Assembly (NCBI GenBank): GCA_963717145.1
Contig: OY970325.1
Location: 2,503,949-2,567,948, forward strand
Direction: 5' to 3'
Length of the DNA: 64,000 nucleotides
Origin: an uncultured Armatimonadetes bacterium
GTDB lineage: Bacteria; Armatimonadota; UBA5829; DTJY01
Shown here one piece after another: positions 1 through 11,266 of this stretch. The notes beneath the pieces are model-generated. The model saw nothing but the letters and a program-made list of their open reading frames with translations, ran no database searches and was not told the origin of the DNA. The translations under genes were made by a program, and so were the position numbers. How positions within the stretch are numbered: position 1 is the stretch's first letter; each line of letters opens with the position of its first letter.

Positions 1-505
1 CCTCGCTGTTGATCTGGTTGATCATGGCGGCCAGGGTGGTCGACTTGCCCGAGCCGGTCGGTCCGGTAACGAGAACGAGTCCGCGGGGCTTCCTGCAGAG
101 GTCCTCGAGGATGGCCGGAAGGCCCAACTCCTTGATCGTCGGGATCCTGGTAGGGATGACCCGGAATGCGGTGGCAACGTTTCCCTTGTCGCGATAGATG
201 TTGACCCTGAAGCGCGAGAGCTTGGCAATGGAGTACGAGAAGTCGAGTTCCAGGTTCGATTCAAACCGCTGTATCTGTTCGTCGGTGAGGATATCGTATA
301 CCAGCCTCTGACTGTCGCGAGGGGTCAGTCTGTCATAGTTGGTATGGATGAGCTTGCCGTCCAGCCGCAGAACCGGCGGCACACCAACGGCCAGGTGCAA
401 GTCGGATGAGCCCTTCTCGACGATCAGCCGCAGCAGATCATCGATATGCACGTCGTCAAGAGGGATCGTTTTTGCCGCCGGACGCGGCGGCATCTGAGTT
501 GTCAT
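1..505 (-). CDS. pilT: Type IV pilus retraction ATPase PilT (N-terminal ~168 codons; gene runs off window start)
   Basis: Manual minus-strand translation from ATG at 503-505: MTTQMPPRPAAKTIPLDDVHIDDLLRLIVEKGSSDLHLAVGVPPVLRLDG...[27 protein letters not shown] (Walker A). Open to position 1; absent from ORF track because no in-window stop. Confidence 0.85.
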   Translation of the reverse strand, partial: MTTQMPPRPAAKTIPLDDVHIDDLLRLIVEKGSSDLHLAVGVPPVLRLDGKLIHTNYDRLTPRDSQRLVYDILTDEQIQRFESNLELDFSYSIAKLSRFRVNIYRDKGNVATAFRVIPTRIPTIKELGLPAILEDLCRKPRGLVLVTGPTGSGKSTTLAAMINQINSE

Positions 506-543
506 CGTAGCGTCCTGCAAATCACACCTCCGGAAAATGGTGC

Positions 544-613
544 ATGGTTGATGGCTAATGGTTAATGGTTAATGGTGTTTCATTAACCATCAATCATTGA
601 CCACCAACCATCC
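544..613. repeat. Imperfect palindromic repeat, family D (ATGGTTGATGG / CCATCAACCAT arms), between pilB stop and pilT start
   Basis: atggttgatggctaatggttaatggttaat ... attaaccatcaatcattgaccaccaaccat form an imperfect inverted repeat; related copies at 39613-39701 and 52438-52546. Confidence 0.45.
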
Positions 614-616
614 AAT

Positions 617-2406
617 CTAATGTTGTCCCGCTGTGAAGACTACCTTTCGTATCTCCTCGGCGGTGGTTACGTGCGACAGCACCTTCTCGAGACCGTCGTC
701 TCGAAGCTCCGTCATTCCGTTGGCCTTCGCTGCCTCACGGATGTCGGCGAGCGGCGCTCGTCGCACGACCAACTCGGCGATTTCGTCGTTCATGCACATC
801 ATCTCATGGATACCTGTCCTACCCTTATAGCCGGTGTGCCTGCATACCTCGCATCCACGTCCTCTGGCCAGGGTGAGAACCTCATCCTTCTCCTTGGGCT
901 GATAGCCGAGAATGCGAAGTTCGGATGCAGGAATCTGATACTCCTCTTTGCAGTTGGAGCAGACCTTTCGGGCCAGTCTCTGTGCGATAACACCGATGAC
1001 CGTCGCGGAGATCAGGTACGGCTCGACGCCCATATCCACCATTCGGATGACGGCGGACGGAGCGTTGTTCGTGTGCAGAGTCGAAAGCACCAGGTGACCT
1101 GTGAGCGACGCCTCGACTGCGATCTCGGCGGTCTCCAGGTCGCGCATCTCTCCGACCATGATGATATCCGGGTCTTGCCTGAGGAACGATCGAAGGGCGG
1201 TTCCGAATGTCAGTCCCGCCTTGACGTTGACCTGCACCTGAGAGATACCGGTCAACTGATACTCGACCGGGTCTTCGACGGTGATGATGTTCTTGTCTAC
1301 CGAGTTGATCTTGTGGAGAACTGAATACTGAGTTGTGGTCTTTCCGCTGCCGGTAGGTCCTGTCAACAGCACCATACCGTTCGGCTGAACGATAAGCTCT
1401 TCGAGTCTGGCCAGGTTCGAGGGGCAAACCCCAGCTTGGTCAGACCGATCATGACGCTCGATTTGTCGAGGATTCGGCATACGATCTTCTCGCCATAGAC
1501 CGTCGGGAGGCAGCTCACACGAAGGTCGTAGTCCTTGCCGTCCTTCCGAACGCCGATACGTCCGTCCTGCGGAACACGCCGCTCGGCGATGTTCATATCG
1601 GCCATGATCTTGAATCGCGAGATGAGAGGCGCCTGGATGTACTTCGGTACGGTCATCTCTTCGTGCAGGACGCCGTCAACACGGTACCTGACCCGGACAT
1701 GGCGTCTGTCGGGCTCCACATGCACATCACTGGCGCCCATCGCGACCGCCTGCTGGATGACGATATTGGCAACCTTGATGATCGGGGCTTCTTCCGCAAC
1801 CTTGGCCAGCGCATCGACATCTTCCTCGTCGGCCTCTCCGCGCGACTTGTACGAATCGATCGCGTCCTGAACACTGGCGAGTCCTCCGCCGCCGCCGCCA
1901 CCGCCGGATGGTATCTGCAAGCCAGGCACCGCGCTCACGACGCCACCGCCGCCATTGCCACTTGCCCCGTCACCGCCGGTGTAGTTGCGATCAATGGCGT
2001 CAAGGATGGCAACCTCAGTTGACAAGGCGGGCGCGATCCGCATCTTGGTGACCGACCGCAGGTCGTCAAGCGCCATGATGTTGTTGACATCTGCCATGGC
2101 AACGGTGAGACTATTGCCATTCTTGAAGAATGGCATGACCTTGTGGCGTCTGGCCATGTTCTCGGGCACGGCGTTGAGCGCGTTGGGATCGATCCGCTGC
2201 GTGGTCAAGTCCACGAAGGGTATATTGAGCTGGCGAGCTTTCGCCTGCATGACCTGCTTCTCATTGGCGAAGCCCAGGTCGATGACCAGTTGCCCGATCT
2301 CCCCAGGCGCAGTCTTCTGCGCATCTCTGACCTGCTCGAGTTGCTCCAAGGTGATCACCTGCGCCTCGACCAGCAGATCTGCTATGTCCTTTCTCATTGT
2401 TGCCAT
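617..2406 (-). pseudogene. pilB: Type IV pilus assembly ATPase PilB (GspE family), split into two overlapping ORFs by an apparent 1-nt frameshift near 1417-1425
   Basis: Track ORF 1363..2406 carries the N-terminal region ending ...[19 protein letters not shown]; track ORF 617..1480 carries ...[30 protein letters not shown] (Walker A) to the C-terminus. Frames differ by one base at a G4/C4 run. Confidence 0.75.
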
Positions 2407-2492
2407 ATCTTAACGGCCTCCCAATTTCGTGCCGGAAGCTCAAGGGTAGTCCGAGGCATTATAGCATTCCGGGCTGACTGCCGCAACCGTCC

Positions 2493-3404
2493 CTATCGGG
2501 GATCGGGGCGCAGCCCGGACAGAACCGCTTGCCTCATAACATCCGTCGGCGGCTTCCGACCAGTCCATATCTCGAATGAAATCGCCCCCTGGTATACCAG
2601 CATACCGACTCCGTTCTCTCCTCGGGCGCCGGCGGCTTCCGCAGCTTCCAAAAGACGTGTTTTCAAAGGGTTGTAGATCAGATCATATACGAACAATCGG
2701 TCATGCAGCCACTCAGACGGGATAGGCTGCTCATCCTCATTCGGATGCATACCGACCGAAGTACAGTTGACAAGTAGATCAGCCTCGACGACGGCGTCTC
2801 GGGCCTCCGGACTGTTCAGCGCGATGGCTCGGATGGAGCGTCGCCCTCCCGAGAGAGCCGACCTTAGCTGTTCGGCCAGGTCCTCCGCACGGGTCGCGGT
2901 GCGGTTCACTACGGACACCCGCGCCCCGTGAACCGCCAGCGCATGAGCCACCGCCCTCGCGGATCCTCCTGCGCCAAGCACAACGGCTCGACCGCCCTCG
3001 GCCGATTTCCCCTCGGCCTCGAGTGATCGCATGAATCCCTCGCCGTCGGTGCTATGTCCCATCAGGACTCCGTCTACGTTGTGGACGGTATTCACTGATC
3101 CGATCAGCAGGGCCTCGGGGCTGACCGAGTCCAGAAGCTCGACAGCGCGCTCCTTATGCGGGATCGTCAGGTTTACTCCGGCAATGCCGAGCGCCCTTAC
3201 TCCCTCAAGCGCATTTTCAAGGTTTTCCGGGATGACATTGAACGGAACGTACACATAATCGAGGCCCAGCTCCTGGAATGCCGCATTGTGCATACCTGGA
3301 GAGAGGCTGTGGTACACCGGGTATCCGAAAACGGCGACCACTCTTGTGCGCCCGCTCAATGGATTCGTCAACTCACTGCTCCGCTTTACTTTGACTGCCC
3401 TCAT
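2493..3404 (-). CDS. aroE: Shikimate dehydrogenase
   Basis: Track ORF 2493..3452; VVAVFGYPVYHSLSPGMHNAAF... and Rossmann GAGGSARA resemble AroE. Start set at internal Met 3404; true start may be a TTG slightly downstream. Confidence 0.75.
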   Translation of the reverse strand: MRAVKVKRSSELTNPLSGRTRVVAVFGYPVYHSLSPGMHNAAFQELGLDYVYVPFNVIPENLENALEGVRALGIAGVNLTIPHKERAVELLDSVSPEALLIGSVNTVHNVDGVLMGHSTDGEGFMRSLEAEGKSAEGGRAVVLGAGGSARAVAHALAVHGARVSVVNRTATRAEDLAEQLRSALSGGRRSIRAIALNSPEARDAVVEADLLVNCTSVGMHPNEDEQPIPSEWLHDRLFVYDLIYNPLKTRLLEAAEAAGARGENGVGMLVYQGAISFEIWTGRKPPTDVMRQAVLSGLRPDPR

Positions 3405-3903
3405 CGGGCGATTGTTCCCCTCGTCCCAGCGAAGAGGACGAGGGCAACGCACGGAGAATCATCCTCTCGAAAACCCGGCTGATTCTTGTCCCGAAGAACT
3501 CCTTCGGGCTCAATGGTTTCACCAAAATGGTGAAGAGGCTCAATCTATTACCACCCAATATATCGGTAAAAATCTGGTCGCCGATCACTGCTGTCCTCTC
3601 AGGCGCGATATTGAGGAGTTCCAGGGCGGGCCGAAATGCGCTCTTCCGAGGCTTCATGCGTCCCTTGACGAATGGGACCTTCAGCTTCTCGGCGAGGATT
3701 CTCAAGCGTCCGGGGTACCGCGTGTTCGAGACGATGCAGACCTTCATCCCCTGAGCTTCGACGCTGCGTAACCACTCCAGGATGACGTCCGAGACCTCGT
3801 ACCCGTGCCACGGGACGAGCGTGTTGTCGAGATCGACGAGCAGCCCCTCGATGCCCAAATCCGCCAGTTCGGCGGGAGTGATGTGAGCCACCGATTCCGC
3901 CAT
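3373..3903 (-). CDS. HAD-superfamily phosphatase, YqeG-like
   Basis: Track ORF 3373..4215 trimmed to Met at 3903 (MAESVAHITPAELADLGIEGLLVDLDNTLVPW... DxDxT motif, ...VIGDQIFTDILGGN). Upstream 104 codons are unconvincing read-through. Confidence 0.6.
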   Translation of the reverse strand: MAESVAHITPAELADLGIEGLLVDLDNTLVPWHGYEVSDVILEWLRSVEAQGMKVCIVSNTRYPGRLRILAEKLKVPFVKGRMKPRKSAFRPALELLNIAPERTAVIGDQIFTDILGGNRLSLFTILVKPLSPKEFFGTRISRVFERMILRALPSSSSLGRGEQSPDEGSQSKAEQ

Positions 3904-3940
3904 GCGGTCGGGGCGACATAGCTCGATAAACCTGCTGAGC

Positions 3941-4936
3941 TTAACCCGCACGTTCCCTCCGAGCTTTTCCGATGGCCTGCTGATGCTCTTCGAATGTGCG
4001 GCTGAATATGTGAGAACCATCCGGCCTGGCGACGTAATACATGTAGTCACGATCGGCAGGACGGAGCGCGGCCTCGACCGAATCGAGGCCGGGACTGGCG
4101 ATCGGTCCCGGCGGCAGTCCGCGGTTGCGATAGGTATTGTATGGCGAATCGACCTCCAGGTCGCGGTATAGCACCCGATCCTTGTGATGGCCGAGCGCAT
4201 AGAGCACCGTCGCATCGACCTCGAGCAGCATGTCCTTGTTCAGCCGGTTATGGATCACCGCCGACACGAGCGGACGGTCCTTCGGGATCCTCGCCTCTCG
4301 TTCCACCAGCGACGCCAGAGTGACGCACTCGCGGAGGCCCATGCCGCTCCTGGCGATCTCGTCTGCCAGAGGATCCGCAATCTTGTCGGCGAACGCGTCG
4401 AGCATCATCTTGATGACAAACTCCTCGGATGCCCCGATCGGCACGAGATAGGTATCGGGAAACAGGTAACCTTCCAGGCTGTCCGGATGTGGAAACGAGG
4501 TGTCGAACGACGCGCCGCCGTACAGGGCGAGTTCGTCGAAGCGGTCAGCGCGTCCGATCTGTTCCGCCTGAAGTCGCTCCCCGATCTGGCGGACGGTGAA
4601 CCCCTCGGGGATCGTGATCCAGCGCGCGGATACGTCGCCTCGTTCGATCTTATTCAGCGCCGCTCTCGGGCCCGCCGCCGGGTCGAGTTCATATGCGCCC
4701 GGCTTGAGTGATCCGCTCTTGCCGCTCAGCCTGGCAAGCATCTGGAACCCGAAGGCACTGCGGACGACGCCTCTCTCGGCGAGAATGCCTCCGATCTGGG
4801 AGGCGGACGAGCCGTTCGGGATCATCACCCTGACTTTGCCACTCGGTCCGGCGGCAAACATCGCATGCGCGACCCACAGGAATGCCAGAACGACGATCCC
4901 GGCTGCTATCAATATACGAACAGACTTACTCTTCAT
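3941..4936 (-). CDS. mltG: Endolytic murein transglycosylase MltG (YceG family)
   Basis: Track ORF; N-terminal TM helix then YceG-like periplasmic domain (…YLFPDTYLVP…, …NTYRNRGLPPGPIASPG…). Confidence 0.8.
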   Translation of the reverse strand: MKSKSVRILIAAGIVVLAFLWVAHAMFAAGPSGKVRVMIPNGSSASQIGGILAERGVVRSAFGFQMLARLSGKSGSLKPGAYELDPAAGPRAALNKIERGDVSARWITIPEGFTVRQIGERLQAEQIGRADRFDELALYGGASFDTSFPHPDSLEGYLFPDTYLVPIGASEEFVIKMMLDAFADKIADPLADEIARSGMGLRECVTLASLVEREARIPKDRPLVSAVIHNRLNKDMLLEVDATVLYALGHHKDRVLYRDLEVDSPYNTYRNRGLPPGPIASPGLDSVEAALRPADRDYMYYVARPDGSHIFSRTFEEHQQAIGKARRERAG

Positions 4937-5369
4937 CGTGCGTTTCTTCGGCGGCCGATTTCTGGCGGTCCATGTAGGACTGCAGGATCACCGCGGCCGC
5001 GTGCATGTCTATGATCTCTTTCCGCTTCTCGCGCCTGTGCCCGGTCTCGATGAGCATGCGCTCGACCTCGGAGGTCGTGAGGCGCTCGTCCCAGGTCTCG
5101 ATCGGGACGCGGATTCGCTTCCGGATCTCTTCGATGAACGCGAGGACCTTCTCGGCCTGGATACCGATCGCCCCTGTTAACATTATCGGCATGCCGACGA
5201 CAATCCGTTCGACCTGGTATTCTTCCACGAGTTCGCGGACCTTGCCGATGTCCTTCCTGACGCTGTCAGTGCGCCTGATGACCGTGACGGGATGCGCGCC
5301 GAATCCAAGCTCATCACTGACCGCGACGCCGATTGTCTTATCCCCAACATCCAGGCCGATCAACCGCAT
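4926..5369 (-). CDS. ruvX: Holliday-junction resolvase-like nuclease RuvX/YqgF
   Basis: Track ORF, 147 aa; MRLIGLDVGDKTIGVAVSD... is the typical YqgF N-terminus. Confidence 0.8.
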   Translation of the reverse strand: MRLIGLDVGDKTIGVAVSDELGFGAHPVTVIRRTDSVRKDIGKVRELVEEYQVERIVVGMPIMLTGAIGIQAEKVLAFIEEIRKRIRVPIETWDERLTTSEVERMLIETGHRREKRKEIIDMHAAAVILQSYMDRQKSAAEETHDEE

Positions 5370-5447
5370 TCTTACCTACCGTTTGCACTGACGAATATCC
5401 ACCGCATGCTTGCCAATGGGATGATCAGTAAGGAGTCGGACACCACT

Positions 5448-5543
5448 GTTCGTACTGGAGTTGTACTCCAGTACGCGCCACTGATCGGGGAGTTCAACTC
5501 CCCCACTCAGTTCGCCGGGCGGGAGTACAACTCCCGCCCGAAC
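5448..5543. repeat. Structured triple-hairpin repeat, family E (GAGTNNNACTC-core hairpins within outer gttcg...cgaac)
   Basis: tactggagttgtactccagta, ggggagttcaactcccc and cgggcgggagtacaactcccgcccg hairpins between ruvX and alaS; same architecture as the element at 38327-38440. Confidence 0.5.
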
Positions 5544-5558
5544 AATGTTTGGTTGCAG

Positions 5559-8206
<2,648 letters not shown>

Positions 8207-8213
<7 letters not shown>

Positions 8214-9145
8214 GCGGACTGCGCCTCCATGAACGCCAGGGTATCCTCGAGGCTTCGGATTCCCGTGGTCGCGCCGATCGCCGTCACACAGAGCGCGCCG
8301 ACCGCGTTGGCGAATCGTCCGGTCTTCTCGAGGTCCCACCCCTTCAGTATCCCGGTCAGGAAGCCGGCGGAGAACGCGTCGCCCGCGCCACACGCATCGA
8401 CCGCCTCGACGTCGTACTTCGGGATGCGAAGCTCCTCGTCGGCTGACCGAATGTAGCATCCCTCTTCGCCCATCTTGAGGCCGACGACCTTCACGCCGCG
8501 CTCCATGAGCACCTTCGCGACATCGGCCGGGTCATGCCTACCCGTAACCATCCGCGCCTCCTCGATGCTCGGAACGGCATAGTCCATATACGGCAGGCAC
8601 GGCGCGAGAAGCTCCATCCAGCGGCCACGGGAGTCCCAGGCGGTGTCGAGCGATGTCGTTATGCCCATTTCCTGCGCGCTCTTGAGCACGCTGGCGGTCG
8701 GCTGACCGTCGAACGACGGCATCAGGAACGTCCCGGCGACATGGAGTATCTTCGCGCCCTTCACGAAATCGAAGTTGACATCGTCCTCGACGAGGGTGGC
8801 ATTCGCGCCGAGGTAATGGATGAAACTGCGCTCACCATCCGAGTGGATCATGACCATCGTGCCGGACGTATTGTTGTCCGGGTCGCGCACGACACCACGC
8901 GCATCCATGCCGTGACCTTTGACCGTCGAGATCACGAAATCGCCGAATCCGTCCTCGCCGACCTTGCCCATGATACCGGTGTCGATGCCGATCTTGGCCA
9001 GATCGACGCCGGTGTTCGTCGCACATCCGCCCGTGTGAAGCTCCATCTGATCGACGAGGACGAGCTTCCCGCGCCCGGGGTACTCGTCAACCGGCTTGCC
9101 GAGAACGTCGGCGACCAGGATGCCAAGACAGACTATATCAGCCAT
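8207..9145 (-). CDS. PfkB-family carbohydrate kinase (ribokinase-like)
   Basis: Track ORF, 312 aa; ...DACGAGDAFSAGF... signature; overlaps alaS start by 7 bp. Confidence 0.75.
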
Positions 9146-9185
9146 GATGATGCATTCCTTTCAGATTGGAGTGCTGGAGCACCGG

Positions 9186-9971
9186 TCAGGCCCGAGGACC
9201 GATTCCGTGCTTTTGTGCCGCCCGCGGATCGTCCGCGATCGCATCCCACGGATCGTCGCCCGGCGACGGCTCTTTGTCAGGCGGCAGCAGATCATATTTC
9301 ACGAACAGCGCGCGAGTGGCCCTGGTCAGGATCACGCTGCTCAGACCCATGTACAAGATTACCATCGGCACCATGAGGCCTGCGGAAAGGCAAGTGAGGA
9401 GTATTATAGCAAACAGGACGAAGCCGGTAAAGGACGGATTGTCGAGCGCGAGAAGAAACCCTCGCTTGAGCAGCTTGAATGTGCTCGGTCGCTGCTCGAT
9501 CAGAACCGGGAAGTGGTACAGCGCGCTCATCATCCAGATAAGCATTCCGTAGAGGAACAACATGCCGAGGCCCTTGACGATCATGTTCCCATGGGACAGG
9601 TAGAACCATGCGTTGACTGCAATCAGCAGGGTGATGGCAACCTGGCTGAACGAGAGCAGGACGGCCCGTCCCCAGTGCTCCCTCGCGCCCCGGAAGAGAT
9701 CGAGCGGCGTCGGATCGTCGTGGGTGATGATCTTTCGGGCTATATGATACACCCCGGCGGTGAGCGGTCCGAGAAGCAGGCTGTACAGGCCGATGACGAA
9801 CACGATCCAGGCCATAGGCGACGGCACGCGGAGGGCGGCCCATCCCGAGAACATTGCGACTGCGACACCAAACCAGACGCAACTGCAGAATATCACGATC
9901 CCGAGGTAATCGTATGCATCGCCGAATGACTTCTTGATCGTCTTCCAGAATCCAGGCATGGGAAACCTCAT
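9186..9971 (-). CDS. Integral membrane protein, possibly DUF624/YesL-like
   Basis: Track ORF 9186..10025 trimmed to MRFPMPGFWKTIKKSFGD... (start may instead be the second Met at 9959, which has an AGG 6 nt upstream); multiple predicted TM helices. The upstream extension is read-through of the REP hairpin. Confidence 0.5.
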   Translation of the reverse strand: MRFPMPGFWKTIKKSFGDAYDYLGIVIFCSCVWFGVAVAMFSGWAALRVPSPMAWIVFVIGLYSLLLGPLTAGVYHIARKIITHDDPTPLDLFRGAREHWGRAVLLSFSQVAITLLIAVNAWFYLSHGNMIVKGLGMLFLYGMLIWMMSALYHFPVLIEQRPSTFKLLKRGFLLALDNPSFTGFVLFAIILLTCLSAGLMVPMVILYMGLSSVILTRATRALFVKYDLLPPDKEPSPGDDPWDAIADDPRAAQKHGIGPRA

Positions 9972-9973
9972 AT

Positions 9974-10046
9974 CATTGTAGTGGCCGTGCCTCTGTGCCG
10001 GCCTACTACGTCCGCTGGCCGGCACAGAGGCACGGCCACTACAATG
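9974..10046. repeat. REP-like hairpin, family A (GTAGTGGCCGTGCCTCTGTGCCGGCC, 13-nt loop, reverse complement)
   Basis: Perfect ~29-bp stem read directly; 5' GTAG; abuts the start codon of the 9186..9971 gene and the stop of 10047..11057. Confidence 0.6.
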
Positions 10047-11057
10047 CTATTGCGGGACGACTTGCACCTTTACTGAATCCCGCCCGGCGGCGGTCTCAAG
10101 GGCCTTGGATACGTCATCGAGCCCGAAGCGGTGCGTGACGAGCGGCATGACTTCGACCTGCTTCGATGCGAGCATCTCGACCGCCCGCGCGTGGGTGAAC
10201 GGGTTGACGAACGACCCTACGATGGTCAGCTCCCGGTAGAAGATGTCGTAGGGCGAGATCCGCATAGTCTCCTGCGGGCTGACTACGCCGAACTGCAGGA
10301 TCGTGCCGCCTCTCCGCGCCAGTTTCGGGGCGAGTTCGGCGGTTTCCAGGCGTCCGGCGCACTCGATCACGACATCTGCTCCGACGACCGTCGATTCCAG
10401 CACTTCGGCCTTCGGATCGCAGGCCGAGGGGTCGATCTCGACCTCCGCGCCGAGTTGACCGGCCATGCGGCGCTTCCTCTCGTCCGGCTCGCTCACGATC
10501 ACGCGAGCACCGGCGGCCTTCGCCAGTTGAACCATCAGCAGCCCGATCGAGCCTGCCCCGAGGATCACCACCGTGCTCCCGGCGACGACACGCGCCCGGT
10601 CGATACCGTGGATGCAGCAGGCCAGCGGCTCGGCGAACGCCGCTTCATCGAGGCTGACGCTGTCCGGCACTCCATACGCCTGCTCGGCCGGAACGCGGCA
10701 GTACTCGGCGAATCCACCGTCGTAGTTCACTCCGACCGCCGTGAGGTTCTCGCACAGATGGATCTCGCCACGGGTGCAGAACCGGCATGTATGGTCCACG
10801 ATATTCGGATCGACGGTAATCCGATCGCCGACCTTGGCATTCGTAACCTCGTCACCCACCGCGACGATCTCGCCGGAGAACTCGTGGCCGGGAATGACGG
10901 GGAACCTGACGATATGCTCGCCGGCAAATATGTGCAGATCCGTGCCACAGACGCCGCACGCGTGTACTTTGACCAAAGCATCGCCCGCGCCGATCTCGGG
11001 TATCGGCCTCTCTTCAACGACGAGCTTATTCGGTTCAAGGAATACGACCGCCTTCAT
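10047..11057 (-). CDS. Zinc-dependent alcohol dehydrogenase (MDR superfamily, sorbitol/threonine-dehydrogenase-like)
   Basis: Track ORF trimmed to MKAVVF...; CGVCGTDLH, GHEFSG and GAGSIGL motifs. Confidence 0.75.
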   Translation of the reverse strand: MKAVVFLEPNKLVVEERPIPEIGAGDALVKVHACGVCGTDLHIFAGEHIVRFPVIPGHEFSGEIVAVGDEVTNAKVGDRITVDPNIVDHTCRFCTRGEIHLCENLTAVGVNYDGGFAEYCRVPAEQAYGVPDSVSLDEAAFAEPLACCIHGIDRARVVAGSTVVILGAGSIGLLMVQLAKAAGARVIVSEPDERKRRMAGQLGAEVEIDPSACDPKAEVLESTVVGADVVIECAGRLETAELAPKLARRGGTILQFGVVSPQETMRISPYDIFYRELTIVGSFVNPFTHARAVEMLASKQVEVMPLVTHRFGLDDVSKALETAAGRDSVKVQVVPQ

Positions 11058-11068
11058 CCGTTCACCGT

Positions 11069-11266
11069 TCACGGCTTTGCCGCCGGATCATTCTGCAGGC
11101 CCTGCAGGCGATGGGTCAACTCGTCGACGTTCACCTGCACCATGTCGAGCGCGATGAACAGGCTGTTGCCCTTGACCAACTCCTGGGCGCGCTTCACCAT
11201 GTCCTTGTAGCCGGAGACGTCCATACCCTTTGTCTGACCCTTGGCGATGAGGTCATTCAGCGTCAC
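11069..11266 (-). CDS. Small hypothetical protein (50-65 aa)
   Basis: Track ORF with strong GC3 codon bias (MDVSGYKDMVKRAQELVKGNSLFIALDMVQVNVDELTHRLQGLQ...) filling the gap between two genes; no family recognised. Confidence 0.35.
   Translation of the reverse strand: MTLNDLIAKGQTKGMDVSGYKDMVKRAQELVKGNSLFIALDMVQVNVDELTHRLQGLQNDPAAKP

Noticed and set aside
250-265. tRNA T-loop-like motif GGTTCGATTC (also near 47834-47843)
   Set aside because: The first lies inside the pilT coding frame and the second inside a tandem repeat; neither has flanking sequence that folds into a cloverleaf with acceptor stem and anticodon arm.
620-1324. Long ORFs on the strand opposite to well-supported genes (for example 620..1324 +, 1985..2413 +, 4184..4711 +, 6627..7433 +, 12718..14463 +, 15316..16344 +, 24489..25847 +, 38394..39590 +)
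   Set aside because: Typical stop-poor antisense frames of GC-rich DNA; they overlap genes with clear family signatures, have Arg/Pro/Ala-rich low-complexity translations and no recognisable domains.
8214-8459. N-terminal extensions of track ORFs beyond conserved start sites (alaS to 8459, 9186..10025, 11253..13367, 29799..31136, 36127..37872, 3373..4215)
   Set aside because: The extensions translate intergenic hairpin repeats or upstream spacer and lack conservation; internal Met (or GTG/TTG) codons coincide with canonical protein N-termini and sometimes Shine-Dalgarno-like sequences.
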